64,000 nucleotides of DNA from Bacillota bacterium. Lineage in GTDB: Bacteria; Bacillota; Ch66; Ch109. The notes beneath the pieces are model-generated. The model made no database searches, was not told the DNA's origin, and saw only the letters and a program-made list of their open reading frames with translations. The stretch is from positions 800,001-864,000 of the forward strand of contig JBMNLH010000001.1 in NCBI GenBank assembly GCA_050952625.1. Reading direction: 5' to 3'. Positions 1 through 9,609 of this stretch are shown in pieces (within the stretch, counting starts at the first letter, position 1; each line of letters opens with the position of its first letter). The position numbers and the translations under genes are program-made.

Positions 1-275
1 CGACTAAGATTAGACTGAAACGAATGGGGGCTAAGAAAAGTCCTTTTTACCGCATTGTCGTGGCAGATTCTCGTTCTCCTCGGGATGGACGGTTTATAGA
101 AGAAATTGGTTACTACAATCCCACTAAAGATCCAATTATGTTAAAGGTGGACGAAGAAAAAGCCATCAAATGGTTGAATAATGGGGCCCAACCCTCAGAA
201 ACAGCCAAGGCTCTGCTCAATAAGGCAGGGGTAATTAAGAAGCTGGCTGAGGTTAGGCAGGGAAGTCAAGCGTAA
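1..275 (+). CDS. rpsP: 30S ribosomal protein S16 (5' end outside window)
   Basis: Frame is open from position 1 ([41 protein letters not shown]), the S16 signature; followed by khpA-rimM-trmD. Confidence 0.97.
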   Translation, partial: TKIRLKRMGAKKSPFYRIVVADSRSPRDGRFIEEIGYYNPTKDPIMLKVDEEKAIKWLNNGAQPSETAKALLNKAGVIKKLAEVRQGSQA

Positions 276-359
276 TTTTAGGTTAACAGATTCAAAAAAA
301 CGGGTATTCTGTCAGACGGTTTCTTTCTAGTGGAATTACCCGAGGGGGTTATTAAAACA

Positions 360-590
360 ATGAAGGAACTGGTCGCAATCTTGGCTCAATCTCTGGTTGA
401 CCAGCCGGATAAGGTAGAGGTTAATCAGGTAGAGGGAGAAAAGTCAATTATTCTCGAACTCCGGGTTGATGAAGACGATATGGGTAAGGTTATTGGCAAA
501 CAGGGAAAAATCGCCAAAGCTATCCGCACTGTTGTGAAAGCTGCTGCCGCCAAGGAAGGTAAACGGGTGGTCTTGGAGATTTTAAAATAA
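360..590 (+). CDS. khpA: KH-domain RNA-binding protein KhpA (YlqC)
   Basis: MKELV...DMGKVIGKQGKIAKAIRTVV KH motif; ATG at 360 follows GAGGGGG RBS; conserved position after rpsP. Confidence 0.95.
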   Translation: MKELVAILAQSLVDQPDKVEVNQVEGEKSIILELRVDEDDMGKVIGKQGKIAKAIRTVVKAAAAKEGKRVVLEILK

Positions 591-625
591 ATTTCCCAAT
601 ACGTAATCCTGGAGGAACGGAAGAA

Positions 626-1150
626 TTGGGAAACGATAAAGAAAAGTTAATTAGCATTGGCCAGGTCACGACTACTCATGGAGTCTATGGTGAGTTGCGG
701 GTGCTTCCTCTAACCGACTTTCCAGAGCGTTTTAGTCGTTTGCAGCAGGTTGTTGCTAGTCTCAATGGAGAGCAAATCAGTTTAGAGGTTGAGTCAGCAC
801 GTACTTTCAAACAGTTTGTCTTGCTCAAGTTTGTCGGCATTAATGATTGTGAACAGGCGATAAAACTAAAGAATGCTTTGCTTCAGGTACCAAGTTCGGA
901 ATTGATGCCGCTGCCGGAGGGACACTATTACATTTTTCAAATTGTTGGCTTATCTGTATATACAGTTGATGGACGATATTTGGGCCGGATTAAGGAAGTA
1001 TTCCGGACCGGCAGTAATGATGTTTATCAGGTGGTCGGCGAGCAAAGCAAAGAGGTCCTGGTTCCGGCTCTGCGAGAGGTTGTCGAACAAATTGACCTTG
1101 AGCAACAAAGGGTAATCATTCGCCCTTTACCGGGGATGCTGGAAATTTAA
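626..1150 (+). CDS. rimM: 16S rRNA processing protein RimM
   Basis: [27 protein letters not shown] and TGSNDVY motifs; TTG start after GGAGG. Confidence 0.96.
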   Translation: MGNDKEKLISIGQVTTTHGVYGELRVLPLTDFPERFSRLQQVVASLNGEQISLEVESARTFKQFVLLKFVGINDCEQAIKLKNALLQVPSSELMPLPEGHYYIFQIVGLSVYTVDGRYLGRIKEVFRTGSNDVYQVVGEQSKEVLVPALREVVEQIDLEQQRVIIRPLPGMLEI

Positions 1151-1157
1151 ATGGGGG

Positions 1158-1889
1158 ATGCAGCAGATGCAGGTGGATATCCTGACCCTATTTCCAGAGA
1201 TGTTTTCAGGAGTTTTAAATGCCAGCATTTTAAAACGAGCTCAGGAAAAAGGGGCACTCAAGGTTAACCTGATAAATATCCGTCATTATTCAACAGATAA
1301 ACATAAGACAGTAGATGATTACCCATATGGCGGAGGGCCAGGAATGATTCTTCGGGTAGAGCCGGTGGTCGCAGCAGTCGAAGCTGTTTTGAGTCAGGGG
1401 GAGGGTTATTCAAATGACCTCTCCTTGGGGACGCGAGTAATCCTTCTCTCTCCGCAAGGCCGACCTTTTGTCCAGAAAAAAGCCTGGGAATTGGCTAAAT
1501 ATTCCCGTTTAGTCCTAATTTGCGGCCATTATGAGGGAATTGACGAAAGAGTCCGCGAGTTGTTACGGCCGGAAGAGATTTCGATAGGTGACTATATCTT
1601 GACTGGTGGGGAGTTGCCGGCCATGGTGGTTGTGGATGCTGTAACTCGTCTCCTACCCGGGGTTTTAGGTGAATCAGAAGGTGGAGCGGAGGAGTCATTT
1701 TACACCGGACTATTGGAGTTTCCTCAGTATACTAGACCTCGAAATTTTCGAGGGCTAGAAGTTCCTGAAGTGCTGCTCTCTGGTCATCATGCCCGAATTA
1801 ACCAGTGGCGACAGGAACAGTCGATCCAGCGGACCCGAGAACGGAGACCGGATTTGTTGCGAACCAGCCAGATAGTTGATGGGGAATAG
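1158..1889 (+). CDS. trmD: tRNA (guanine37-N1)-methyltransferase
   Basis: [54 protein letters not shown]. Confidence 0.98.
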   Translation: MQQMQVDILTLFPEMFSGVLNASILKRAQEKGALKVNLINIRHYSTDKHKTVDDYPYGGGPGMILRVEPVVAAVEAVLSQGEGYSNDLSLGTRVILLSPQGRPFVQKKAWELAKYSRLVLICGHYEGIDERVRELLRPEEISIGDYILTGGELPAMVVVDAVTRLLPGVLGESEGGAEESFYTGLLEFPQYTRPRNFRGLEVPEVLLSGHHARINQWRQEQSIQRTRERRPDLLRTSQIVDGE

Positions 1890-1973
1890 CTAGCTGAGTG
1901 GTTAGAAACGCAGGGATTTTAACCCGATATTATTTTATTAACCGGGGAAATTGGTGAGAGGTGAAGGGGTTTA

Positions 1974-2636
1974 ATGGTTGGGGAACCAGGAGGAAATGAA
2001 ACGATAACTTTGAAATTCAAGAGTACAATTACTGGTAATTCCCGGGTATTCTTAGCCTTGGTTCATCATCCAGTCTATAATCGAAATTCCCAGGTTATTG
2101 CTACCTCGATAACCAATTTGGATCTGCATGATATTGCACGAATCGCGGCTACCTATAATATCGAACGCTATTTTGTGGTCCATCCTTTATCGGTTCAGCA
2201 GCAATTAGCGACTGAGATTATCAACTATTGGCAACAGGGAGCTGGGGCCGGTTATAATCAGGATCGGCGCAAAGCTTTTGAATGTCTGCAGTTAGCGGTT
2301 TCTTTAGAAGCGGTGATAGAAAATATAACTAGCACCTATGGCCGGAAACCGTTGACCGTCGTTACAGATGCACGGGTTCATCCTAATACCACCAGTTACC
2401 AGTTGCTTCGTCAAAGATTAACCGAGACAAGCGAAAACTATCTCTTGATCTTTGGTACTGGTTGGGGGTTAGAGAAATCGCTGATCGAACAGGCCGATTA
2501 TGTCCTTGAGCCGATTTTTGGCCGGGGTGATTATAATCACCTCTCTGTGCGAAGTGCGGTAGCCATTATCGTTGATCGACTGCTTGGGGAAAATTGGTGG
2601 GCTAACCATTGTAATCATAACTTGAATATGATATAA
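1974..2636 (+). CDS. SPOUT-class SAM-dependent RNA methyltransferase (TrmD-associated family)
   Basis: ALVHHPVYNR, TNLDLHDIAR, FGTGWGL and YNHLSVRSAVAIIVDRL motifs; start codon uncertain (1974 or 2010). Confidence 0.85.
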   Translation: MVGEPGGNETITLKFKSTITGNSRVFLALVHHPVYNRNSQVIATSITNLDLHDIARIAATYNIERYFVVHPLSVQQQLATEIINYWQQGAGAGYNQDRRKAFECLQLAVSLEAVIENITSTYGRKPLTVVTDARVHPNTTSYQLLRQRLTETSENYLLIFGTGWGLEKSLIEQADYVLEPIFGRGDYNHLSVRSAVAIIVDRLLGENWWANHCNHNLNMI

Positions 2637-2637
2637 T
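2609..2637 (+). promoter_or_regulatory. SigA promoter for rplS
   Basis: TTGTAA-N17-TATAAT with extended -10 TG (2629-2630). Confidence 0.75.
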
Positions 2638-2695
2638 TTTTTAGTATTGTGGCACAAGCATATCTTGTGGCAAGGAGAAAGGAGTAAAATATCCT

Positions 2696-3037
2696 GTGGA
2701 TTTGATCCAGGCCATTGAACAAGAGCAAATACGCCAGGATGTGCCTGATTTCCGTCCGGGAGATACCGTAAAGGTTCATGTCAAAGTCGTGGAGGGAAAC
2801 CGGGAAAGAATTCAGGTGTTTGAAGGCGTTGTAATCCGGCGAAAAGGCGGTGGGTTGGGTTCAACCTTTACCGTTCGACGGGTTTCTTATGGTGTGGCAG
2901 TTGAGAGAACGTTCTTATTGCACTCACCTCGTTTGGATAAGATAGAAGTAGTCAGAAGGGGTCGAGTCCGACGCGCTCGTCTCTACTACTTGCGTGAACG
3001 GGTGGGTAAGGCTGCCCGTATTCGAGAAAAGAGATAG
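2696..3037 (+). CDS. rplS: 50S ribosomal protein L19
   Basis: [40 protein letters not shown]. Confidence 0.98.
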   Translation: MDLIQAIEQEQIRQDVPDFRPGDTVKVHVKVVEGNRERIQVFEGVVIRRKGGGLGSTFTVRRVSYGVAVERTFLLHSPRLDKIEVVRRGRVRRARLYYLRERVGKAARIREKR

Positions 3038-3044
3038 CACGAGG

Positions 3045-3077
3045 AAGGGACTGGCGATCGGCAGTCCCTTTGGCTTT
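3045..3077 (+). terminator. Hairpin/attenuator after rplS
   Basis: AAGGGACTG-N8-CAGTCCCTT followed by a weak U-tract. Confidence 0.55.
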
Positions 3078-3100
3078 GGGTGGCTTGGTCGGTAAGGTAG

Positions 3101-3979
3101 GTGAGGTTGTTGGAGATCCAGTGGTACCCCGGCCACATGGTGAAAGCCAAGAAGTTGATCCGGCAAAACCTGAGTTTAGTCGATGTGGTTATAGAACTGG
3201 TTGATGCCCGAATACCCCTAAGCAGCCGCAATCCGGATATGCAGACATTACTAAGCAGCCGACCTCGATTGTTGGTCCTGAATAAGGATGATCTGGCGGC
3301 ACCAGATAAGACTAGAGCCTGGTGTGCGTACTTTCGAGATCAGGGAACGCCGGCCATTGCTTTGAATTCTGCGATCGGCAAGGGTATGGGGCAAGTGATT
3401 ACCATTGCCTCTGCTCTGGCCGAAGACAAGATGGAAAACCTACGTTCCAGAGGCCGTCGGGAAAGGGCGATTCGAGCAATGGTAGTAGGCATTCCTAATG
3501 TAGGCAAATCAGCCTTTATCAATAGTTTGACTAAACGTTCGGTCGCCTTGGTGGGCAATAAACCTGGGGTAACCCGGGGTAAGCAGTGGATAAGAATCAG
3601 TAATGAATTTGAATTATTAGATACCCCTGGGATTTTATGGCCCAAGTTTGAGGACCCAGAAGTAGGTTTAAAGCTTGCCGTGACCGGGGCAGTCAGTGAC
3701 CTGGTTTATGATCTGGAGGAGGTAGGGGTCCGGCTCATCAGTTTACTTACCCGGGTAGCTCCAGAAGCTCTTCAATCTCGCTATCAGGTAAACCCGGTGG
3801 CTAGAGATGAGGTCGAGGCCTACGAACTTTTAAAGGAAATTGGCCGGCGTCGGGGCTTTCTTCAAGCTGGCAACCAGGTGAATACAGTTAAAGCGGCTTA
3901 TATGATTATTCAAGAGTTTCGCGATGGTAAGATTGGCCGGATAACACTTGATGAAGTACCATCCAGTAGTCGGCGATAA
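3101..3979 (+). CDS. rbgA: Ribosome biogenesis GTPase RbgA (YlqF)
   Basis: IQWYPGHM, DARIPLSSRNP, GIPNVGKS, LLDTPGILWPK. Confidence 0.97.
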   Translation: MRLLEIQWYPGHMVKAKKLIRQNLSLVDVVIELVDARIPLSSRNPDMQTLLSSRPRLLVLNKDDLAAPDKTRAWCAYFRDQGTPAIALNSAIGKGMGQVITIASALAEDKMENLRSRGRRERAIRAMVVGIPNVGKSAFINSLTKRSVALVGNKPGVTRGKQWIRISNEFELLDTPGILWPKFEDPEVGLKLAVTGAVSDLVYDLEEVGVRLISLLTRVAPEALQSRYQVNPVARDEVEAYELLKEIGRRRGFLQAGNQVNTVKAAYMIIQEFRDGKIGRITLDEVPSSSRR

Positions 3980-4009
3980 ATTTTTAGCACTAAGCAAATT
4001 TTTATAATT

Positions 4010-4046
4010 AAAGATCCCCGAGCATGTCTTTGGGATCTTTGTTTTT
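4010..4046 (+). terminator. Rho-independent terminator
   Basis: AAAGATCCC...GGGATCTTT followed by GTTTTT. Confidence 0.7.
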
Positions 4047-4161
4047 AAGGTTGAAGGAGAAATTGTAAACGGAAAATATTTTAGAAACTGTTCAAAAGCT
4101 TCGATTAAAACTATATAGGGTGTTGTTGACCGTTTTTTGAGATATCAGGAGTGGTAACCGA

Positions 4162-4845
4162 ATGACCAAATTGGAATGGCCGATCCTGGACGAGCCGGAC
4201 GATTTACTTAATAAAGAGTTAGAGCGCTTGCATTGTCTATATCATATGGAGCGCGATCTATGGGGTACCGGATGTCAGCTAATAGCTGGAATCGATGAGG
4301 CGGGAAGAGGCCCTCTGGCTGGGCCCGTCGTAGCTGCTGCGGTTATCCTTCCTGGAGGGATCTGGTTGCCAGGCCTAAACGATTCCAAAAAAGTCCCGCC
4401 AGGACGCCGCCAAAAATTAGCCGATCTGATTAAGGACCAGGCGGTCGCTTGGAGTTTGGCAGTAGTCGATGTTGATTATATTGATCAGTACAATATTCGG
4501 CAAGCCTCTTTAGAAGCAATGCGCCGAGCCGTTAGGAGTCTGGCAGTGTTACCCGAATTTTTATTGGTAGATGGGATGAGCATTCCCGAACTGATGATAG
4601 ACCAGGCCGCGATTATCCACGGGGATTCACGGAGTGCTTCCATTGCCGCTGCCTCTATTTTGGCGAAGGTCAGGCGTGATGAATTGATGGATTCATACGA
4701 TAAACTATATCCGGCCTATGGGTTTTCCCAGCATAAAGGATACGCCACACCGCAACATTTAAAGGCACTGGCCCATTTTGGCCCTTGTCCGATCCACCGC
4801 TGGTCATTTGCCCCGGTTCGAAAGGCAGCGGGCGAGGTGAAGTAA
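4162..4845 (+). CDS. rnhB: Ribonuclease HII
   Basis: AGIDEAGRGPLAGPVVAAAV, LNDSKK, SIAAASILAKVRRD, HKGYAT. Confidence 0.97.
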   Translation: MTKLEWPILDEPDDLLNKELERLHCLYHMERDLWGTGCQLIAGIDEAGRGPLAGPVVAAAVILPGGIWLPGLNDSKKVPPGRRQKLADLIKDQAVAWSLAVVDVDYIDQYNIRQASLEAMRRAVRSLAVLPEFLLVDGMSIPELMIDQAAIIHGDSRSASIAAASILAKVRRDELMDSYDKLYPAYGFSQHKGYATPQHLKALAHFGPCPIHRWSFAPVRKAAGEVK

Positions 4846-4846
4846 A

Positions 4847-6433
4847 ATGGAAATTACCCTTCAAAATCTACCTTTGGCCAAACCACCGGTTGAATCAAAT
4901 AGTCCGGGGACTAGAGGGCTAGATTTAGTTAAGGGACAATTAGTTAATGCCCGAGTGACTGTGGTTAAGCCCGACGGCTTAATGTTATTAAATATCAATG
5001 GCCAACTCGTTGAAGGATACTCGCAAATTGACTTACCCTTAAATCAAGAAGTGAGCCTTCAAGTCCAGGGTAGGTACGAGGGCAAGCTGCACTTTAAACT
5101 CCTCCAACCAGCAGTCGAAGCAATCAATCTTCGGGACCTGGCTGGTTTGTTAAAAAGTGTTGGGGTCCCGAGCAGTGATCAATCTCTGGCTATTGCGGCT
5201 AAACTCTTGGAGTTTCAATTGCCAGTTACCGCAGCCAACGTTGTTGAGGTGCAGCGGCTCTTAGGGTTGCTGGGCGAAACAGGCCGCGACAACCTCAATC
5301 TGGCCGTTTTTTTGCTGAGTGCCGGTCTTAATCAGCACCGGGAAGCAATAGGAATACTCAAAGGTTTTTTTAATAATTCCAATCTGGGGCAACACCTGGT
5401 TTTTTTGCTCCAGCTGTTAGAAAAGGCGATTAGTCCCCGGGAAGGAGGATTATCTTCTTCGGAGACGCGTCTTAATGAAGTAAGCAATCAAAGTGGGAAT
5501 CAGCCGGCAGGGACGGTTCAAGAGAGTTCAGTACCTCACTTGGAAAGCAATCCGCCGGCAGTTTCGCATTTAAACCCGACCCAATCCCAGTCCAGGACAA
5601 GTAGCCCTAATTTGTCTTTTAACCAAGTGCTTAATAATAGTAATCTGCTCGACTTAGTTCAGAAAGAGGCCGGGCCGGTTTTGCGCAGCGAAGCCGGTCT
5701 GTTGGTGAATCAGGAAACCCAGATGGGTAACTTAACTGGGAAAACCGTTGTCTTGGATCAGTTAGTGAGAGAGCTGCGCTTATTATTGGCCGAGATTATT
5801 CCTCCGGGCATCGCGGATCGTCCGGAGGCCTTAACCCGATATCTCCAAGGATGGCCGGCCAACTCTAGAGCTATGGCTGATCTGCTTAAGTTGATAATGT
5901 ACGAATTGCAATACAGCGAACCTAGTCAAAAACGATTAGGAACCCTGGCTCAGATTATTAACCAGAGTACGGAAACCGTGGTTAATGGACTGTACGGTCA
6001 GCAACTGCTCCACACTGTTGATAAGAGTACGCTTCAACAGCCGGACTATTACTATTTTTCTTGGTTAATGCCCCCGCTGGGGAAAGAGGCGCAGGGGGAA
6101 TTACGTGTTTATAAAAGGGATCGCTCACGCCGCCAGCTCAACCTGGAAGAATTGAGAGTAGTTTTTTCCCTGGAAACCCCTCATTTAGGGCGCAACCTTT
6201 TTGATATTCAGTTTCGAAGAAGTCAAGAATTGTATTTTCGGGTTCAGGTTGAGAAAGAGGGGGTGCACCGGTTGGTTGAGGAATATTGGCCGGAGTTGAG
6301 CGAGAGGTTGGGGCGGTTAGGTTACCGCAGTATCCTTCAAGAATGTGTGGTGGGCAAGCCGGAGCCTTTGTGTCCTCGGCCAGAACCAAAGACCAGTCTG
6401 GAGCAGGTCAAGCGAGTTGATATAAAAGTTTGA
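4847..6433 (+). CDS. FliK-like (hook-length control C-terminal domain) protein, YlqG-like
   Basis: N-terminal OB-like GQLVNARV segment, low-complexity middle, C-terminal LETPHLG...L..LGY FliK-C-like domain ending VDIKV; sits next to a FlhB-C-like gene. Confidence 0.65.
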   Translation: MEITLQNLPLAKPPVESNSPGTRGLDLVKGQLVNARVTVVKPDGLMLLNINGQLVEGYSQIDLPLNQEVSLQVQGRYEGKLHFKLLQPAVEAINLRDLAGLLKSVGVPSSDQSLAIAAKLLEFQLPVTAANVVEVQRLLGLLGETGRDNLNLAVFLLSAGLNQHREAIGILKGFFNNSNLGQHLVFLLQLLEKAISPREGGLSSSETRLNEVSNQSGNQPAGTVQESSVPHLESNPPAVSHLNPTQSQSRTSSPNLSFNQVLNNSNLLDLVQKEAGPVLRSEAGLLVNQETQMGNLTGKTVVLDQLVRELRLLLAEIIPPGIADRPEALTRYLQGWPANSRAMADLLKLIMYELQYSEPSQKRLGTLAQIINQSTETVVNGLYGQQLLHTVDKSTLQQPDYYYFSWLMPPLGKEAQGELRVYKRDRSRRQLNLEELRVVFSLETPHLGRNLFDIQFRRSQELYFRVQVEKEGVHRLVEEYWPELSERLGRLGYRSILQECVVGKPEPLCPRPEPKTSLEQVKRVDIKV

Positions 6434-6438
6434 GGTGA

Positions 6439-6801
6439 TTGTTGATGAATCAGCCTTCAAATAGGTCACAACACTCCAGGGTCTTCAATCCCCCCAAAGC
6501 TGTGGCTTTAGGTTATAATCCGGAGCAGGACCAAGCTCCCCGGGTTCTGGCTGTCGGTCAAGGGGAGATAGCGCAGCGAATCCTGAAACTGGCTCAAGAC
6601 TGCGATATACCCATTCATCAAGATGCAGCCTTAGTAGAAAGGTTAGCAATACTGGATTTAAACACGGAAATCCCGCCAGAGTTATACCAAATTGTCGCAG
6701 AATTACTGATTTTTCTTTATCGCCTGGATGACCGCTGGCAGCAAAAAATGATACCGGGACAGGGGGACCGGTTTGCTGTCCCGGTTAAGAAACTAAAATA
6801 A
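6439..6801 (+). CDS. Stand-alone FlhB C-terminal-like protein (EscU/YscU/HrcU switch family, YlqH-like)
   Basis: KAVALGY...APRVLAVGQGEIAQRI...IPPELYQIVAELL aligns with the FlhB C-terminus at 37300-37626. Confidence 0.88.
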   Translation: MLMNQPSNRSQHSRVFNPPKAVALGYNPEQDQAPRVLAVGQGEIAQRILKLAQDCDIPIHQDAALVERLAILDLNTEIPPELYQIVAELLIFLYRLDDRWQQKMIPGQGDRFAVPVKKLK

Positions 6802-6907
6802 TAATTGAGATTACCTTCCGATCAGCGGTCTCCGTTCTCCGATGCAAATCGTCAGTCGCTGACCTCTGTTAAAATACGGCGCGAACCGGAGGATTATTAA
6901 CACGAAG

Positions 6908-7282
6908 ATGAAAGATAAGATGAAAGATAAACGGAAACAAACAGGTCAGTTGGGCGAAGAGATTGCTTTAGCTTATTTGCTTGATCAGGGATATCGGCTG
7001 CTAACCCGTAATTACCAGTGTTCTTTAGGAGAAGTCGATCTGATCGTAGCTCAGCAAGATACGCTAGTCTTTGTCGAAGTAAGAACCCGGCACGGTGTTC
7101 GTTATGGATCACCAGAAGAAAGTGTTAGTCGAACCAAACAAGATCGGGTACGTCGAGTAGCCCAATACTATTTGAAAGGTTATCCAAATAAAGACGTTCC
7201 GATACGTTTTGACGTAGTTGGCATCGCTCTGGGATTACAGAACGAAGTGGTTAAGCTAAACCATATTCAAGGCGCATTTTAA
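6908..7282 (+). CDS. yraN: YraN family (UPF0102) PD-(D/E)xK nuclease
   Basis: GEEIALAYL, GEVDLI, LVFVEVRTR, IRFDVV, HIQGAF. Confidence 0.93.
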   Translation: MKDKMKDKRKQTGQLGEEIALAYLLDQGYRLLTRNYQCSLGEVDLIVAQQDTLVFVEVRTRHGVRYGSPEESVSRTKQDRVRRVAQYYLKGYPNKDVPIRFDVVGIALGLQNEVVKLNHIQGAF

Positions 7283-7347
7283 CCGGGTGGGGTAAGTGTT
7301 AAATTTTTTTCTTAAAGCCCTTTTTTGGGCTAAATTTCGCACTATGT

Positions 7348-7374
7348 GCAGGAAAATCAAGACTTTCGACGAAT
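7348..7374 (+). promoter_or_regulatory. Putative SigH promoter upstream of comM
   Basis: GCAGGAAAA-N11-GACGAAT matches the SigH consensus RNAGGAWWW-N11/12-RNNGAAT. Confidence 0.6.
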
Positions 7375-7415
7375 AACCCTTTGGTATGGAATTACCAGCC
7401 AAGGGGTTGTTTATT

Positions 7416-8972
7416 GTGTTGGCATCAGTTGCTAGTTTAGGCATTTTAGGTTTGGATGGTTATCCAGTATTAGTAGAGGTTGATGTATCAAACGGGCTAC
7501 CGGCCTTTGATCTAGTCGGTTTACCAAGTGCGGCGGTGCGCGAAAGTCGGGAACGGGTTCGGTCAGCCATCCGCAACTCCGGCTTTGATTTTCCTCTGCA
7601 AAGGATAACTGTGAACTTGGCTCCGGCTGATCTGCGTAAAGATGGCCCGGCTTATGATTTGCCAATTGCTTTAGGTATTCTGGCGGCTACCGGCCAGATT
7701 CCAGTGGATAGATTAGAGGCATCGTTTTGGACTGGCGAACTTTCGTTAGATGGTCGGATCCGGGGAATATCCGGTGCCTTAGCGATGGCGGAAACTGTTA
7801 AAAAAGAGACGGTTCGGACCAATTGCTCGCTGTCCCTAATTGTTCCGCTGGAAAATGCGGAAGAAGCAGCCTTGATCGATGGGATTAAAGTTTTTGGAGC
7901 GAGAAACCTTACTGAAGTAGTGGCTGCCTTACGGGACGATTTGCCGCTAACTCAGTTTAATTCTTCCTGGTCCGAACGATTGCAGGAATATTTGAATAAT
8001 AAAACTGCTGGCGTCAATTTTGAGCAGGTTAAGGGGCAGGAGTCAACTAAACGGGCTTTAGAAATTGCGGCTGCCGGTTCTCATAATCTGTTGCTAATAG
8101 GTCCTCCTGGAGCCGGAAAAACCATGTTGATTCGGCGTTTCCCGACGATCTTACCTTCGGTAACGTTCGATGAATCATTGGAGATTACTCGGATCTATAG
8201 TGTCGCTGGTTTGTTGCCCCAGGGTCAACCCGTTATTTTTGAACGCCCATTTCGTTCACCGCATCATACCTGTACCGCTGTTACGTTAGTTGGGGGCGGA
8301 AGAATACCTCGACCGGGAGAAGTTAGCCTAGCTCACCGAGGGGTTCTATTCCTAGATGAGTTACTGGAGTTTAATCGGGAAGTTTTGGAAGCTTTGCGTC
8401 AACCATTGGAAGATGGTCAGATAACAGTTTCCCGCTTAAATACGACTCTTACTTTTCCTAGTCGCTTTGTACTAGTGTCTTCGATGAATCCTTGTCCGTG
8501 CGGGTATTATGGTGACAACCTGCATGAATGCGTTTGTACGCCGCAGCAGATAAAGCGCTATCGACAACGATTGTCCGGGCCCCTCCTTGACCGCTTTGAT
8601 ATCCAGGTGGAGGTTCCTCGGCTAAGCTTTGACGAGTTAGCGACAGAGGCCAAAGGCGAATCATCGGTCATAATCCGACAAAGGGTAGAGGAAGCGCGGT
8701 GCAGGCAAAGGGAACGCCTTGCGAGAAGAGGTCTCACCAATAATGCCGAAATGGGTAGTCAAGAATTAGAGGAGTTTTGTTACCTGGATTCTGAGGGGAG
8801 AAATCTATTGCAAATGGCCTTTGAGCAGTTGGGACTTAGTGCGCGGGCTTATAATCGTATTCTGCGATTAGCCCGCACGATTGCTGACTTGGCCGGGGCT
8901 TCAGATATTATGGCGTCTCACCTGGCAGAAGCTATTCAATACCGTGTGCTTGATCGACCGATTCTGGAATAA
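7416..8972 (+). CDS. comM: ComM/YifB Mg-chelatase-like AAA+ ATPase
   Basis: VGLPSAAVRESRERVRSA, ITVNLAPADLRKDG, GPPGAGKTM, PFRSPHHT, PGEVSLAHRGVLFLDE, NPCPCG; GTG at 7416 chosen from AAGGGG RBS. Confidence 0.95.
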   Translation: MLASVASLGILGLDGYPVLVEVDVSNGLPAFDLVGLPSAAVRESRERVRSAIRNSGFDFPLQRITVNLAPADLRKDGPAYDLPIALGILAATGQIPVDRLEASFWTGELSLDGRIRGISGALAMAETVKKETVRTNCSLSLIVPLENAEEAALIDGIKVFGARNLTEVVAALRDDLPLTQFNSSWSERLQEYLNNKTAGVNFEQVKGQESTKRALEIAAAGSHNLLLIGPPGAGKTMLIRRFPTILPSVTFDESLEITRIYSVAGLLPQGQPVIFERPFRSPHHTCTAVTLVGGGRIPRPGEVSLAHRGVLFLDELLEFNREVLEALRQPLEDGQITVSRLNTTLTFPSRFVLVSSMNPCPCGYYGDNLHECVCTPQQIKRYRQRLSGPLLDRFDIQVEVPRLSFDELATEAKGESSVIIRQRVEEARCRQRERLARRGLTNNAEMGSQELEEFCYLDSEGRNLLQMAFEQLGLSARAYNRILRLARTIADLAGASDIMASHLAEAIQYRVLDRPILE

Positions 8973-9194
8973 TTTTTTGATCAGTTAAGATTGAAAGCCG
9001 CTCATACATATACTATGGATAAGGGAGTCCATCCTTAACATCTATCAATCTATGGTTAATAAAAAATTAGTTTAGCATCGTGTTATTGCTATGAGTTATT
9101 AGTTTATTGTAGTGCGAATTAGTGCATCTAAAAAATATTTTTCATTCTTTAAAGGAATTGGCATCAACGATTTTTTAGGCAGGTGAGATTAACA

Positions 9195-9587
9195 GTGGAA
9201 TCGACTAGCGAGGATAGGATTTTGGCGGCGGTGAGTCACCTGGGGATTTTTTTAAACCTGCTCGGAATTGTTTTGGCTCTCATTATTTATTTACTAAAAC
9301 AGGAGCAGTCCAAGTTTATTGCCCACCACGCCAAACAAGCAGTTGGTTTCCAGCTAGTAGTTGTGATCGCGGGAGCAGTTGCTGGATTCAGTGGTTTTGG
9401 AGTGGCTCTAGGAAGCCTGTTTTTTGGGCCAGGTCCTGGAGTTGTTGGGATTGTCGGGGTGGCGGTATTTTTTTGGCTGACCATTGTTCTTGTAGCTATT
9501 TGCGCAATAGTTGGAGCAGTGCGGGCGTTAATGGGTAAAGACTTTCAGTATCCGCTGGTAGGAGAATTAATCGATCGAATCGTTTAA
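9195..9587 (+). CDS. DUF4870 / Tic20-like membrane protein
   Basis: EDRILAAVSHL...FIAHHAKQAVGFQ...GKDFQYPLVG pattern, hydrophobic segments; start at 9183 or 9195. Confidence 0.8.
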   Translation: MESTSEDRILAAVSHLGIFLNLLGIVLALIIYLLKQEQSKFIAHHAKQAVGFQLVVVIAGAVAGFSGFGVALGSLFFGPGPGVVGIVGVAVFFWLTIVLVAICAIVGAVRALMGKDFQYPLVGELIDRIV

Positions 9588-9609
9588 ACAACTTTGAAAT
9601 CAGGAGGTT

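Noticed and set aside
6905-6930. 12-bp tandem duplication AAGATGAAAGAT x2 at the yraN start (MKDKMKDK)
   Set aside because: Real, but an in-frame slippage that only duplicates the start; no evident function
8973-9182. Possible sporulation-sigma promoter (CATATACT) and small hairpin/sRNA in the comM-DUF4870 spacer
   Set aside because: No convincing -35 element or terminator; cannot be supported from the sequence alone
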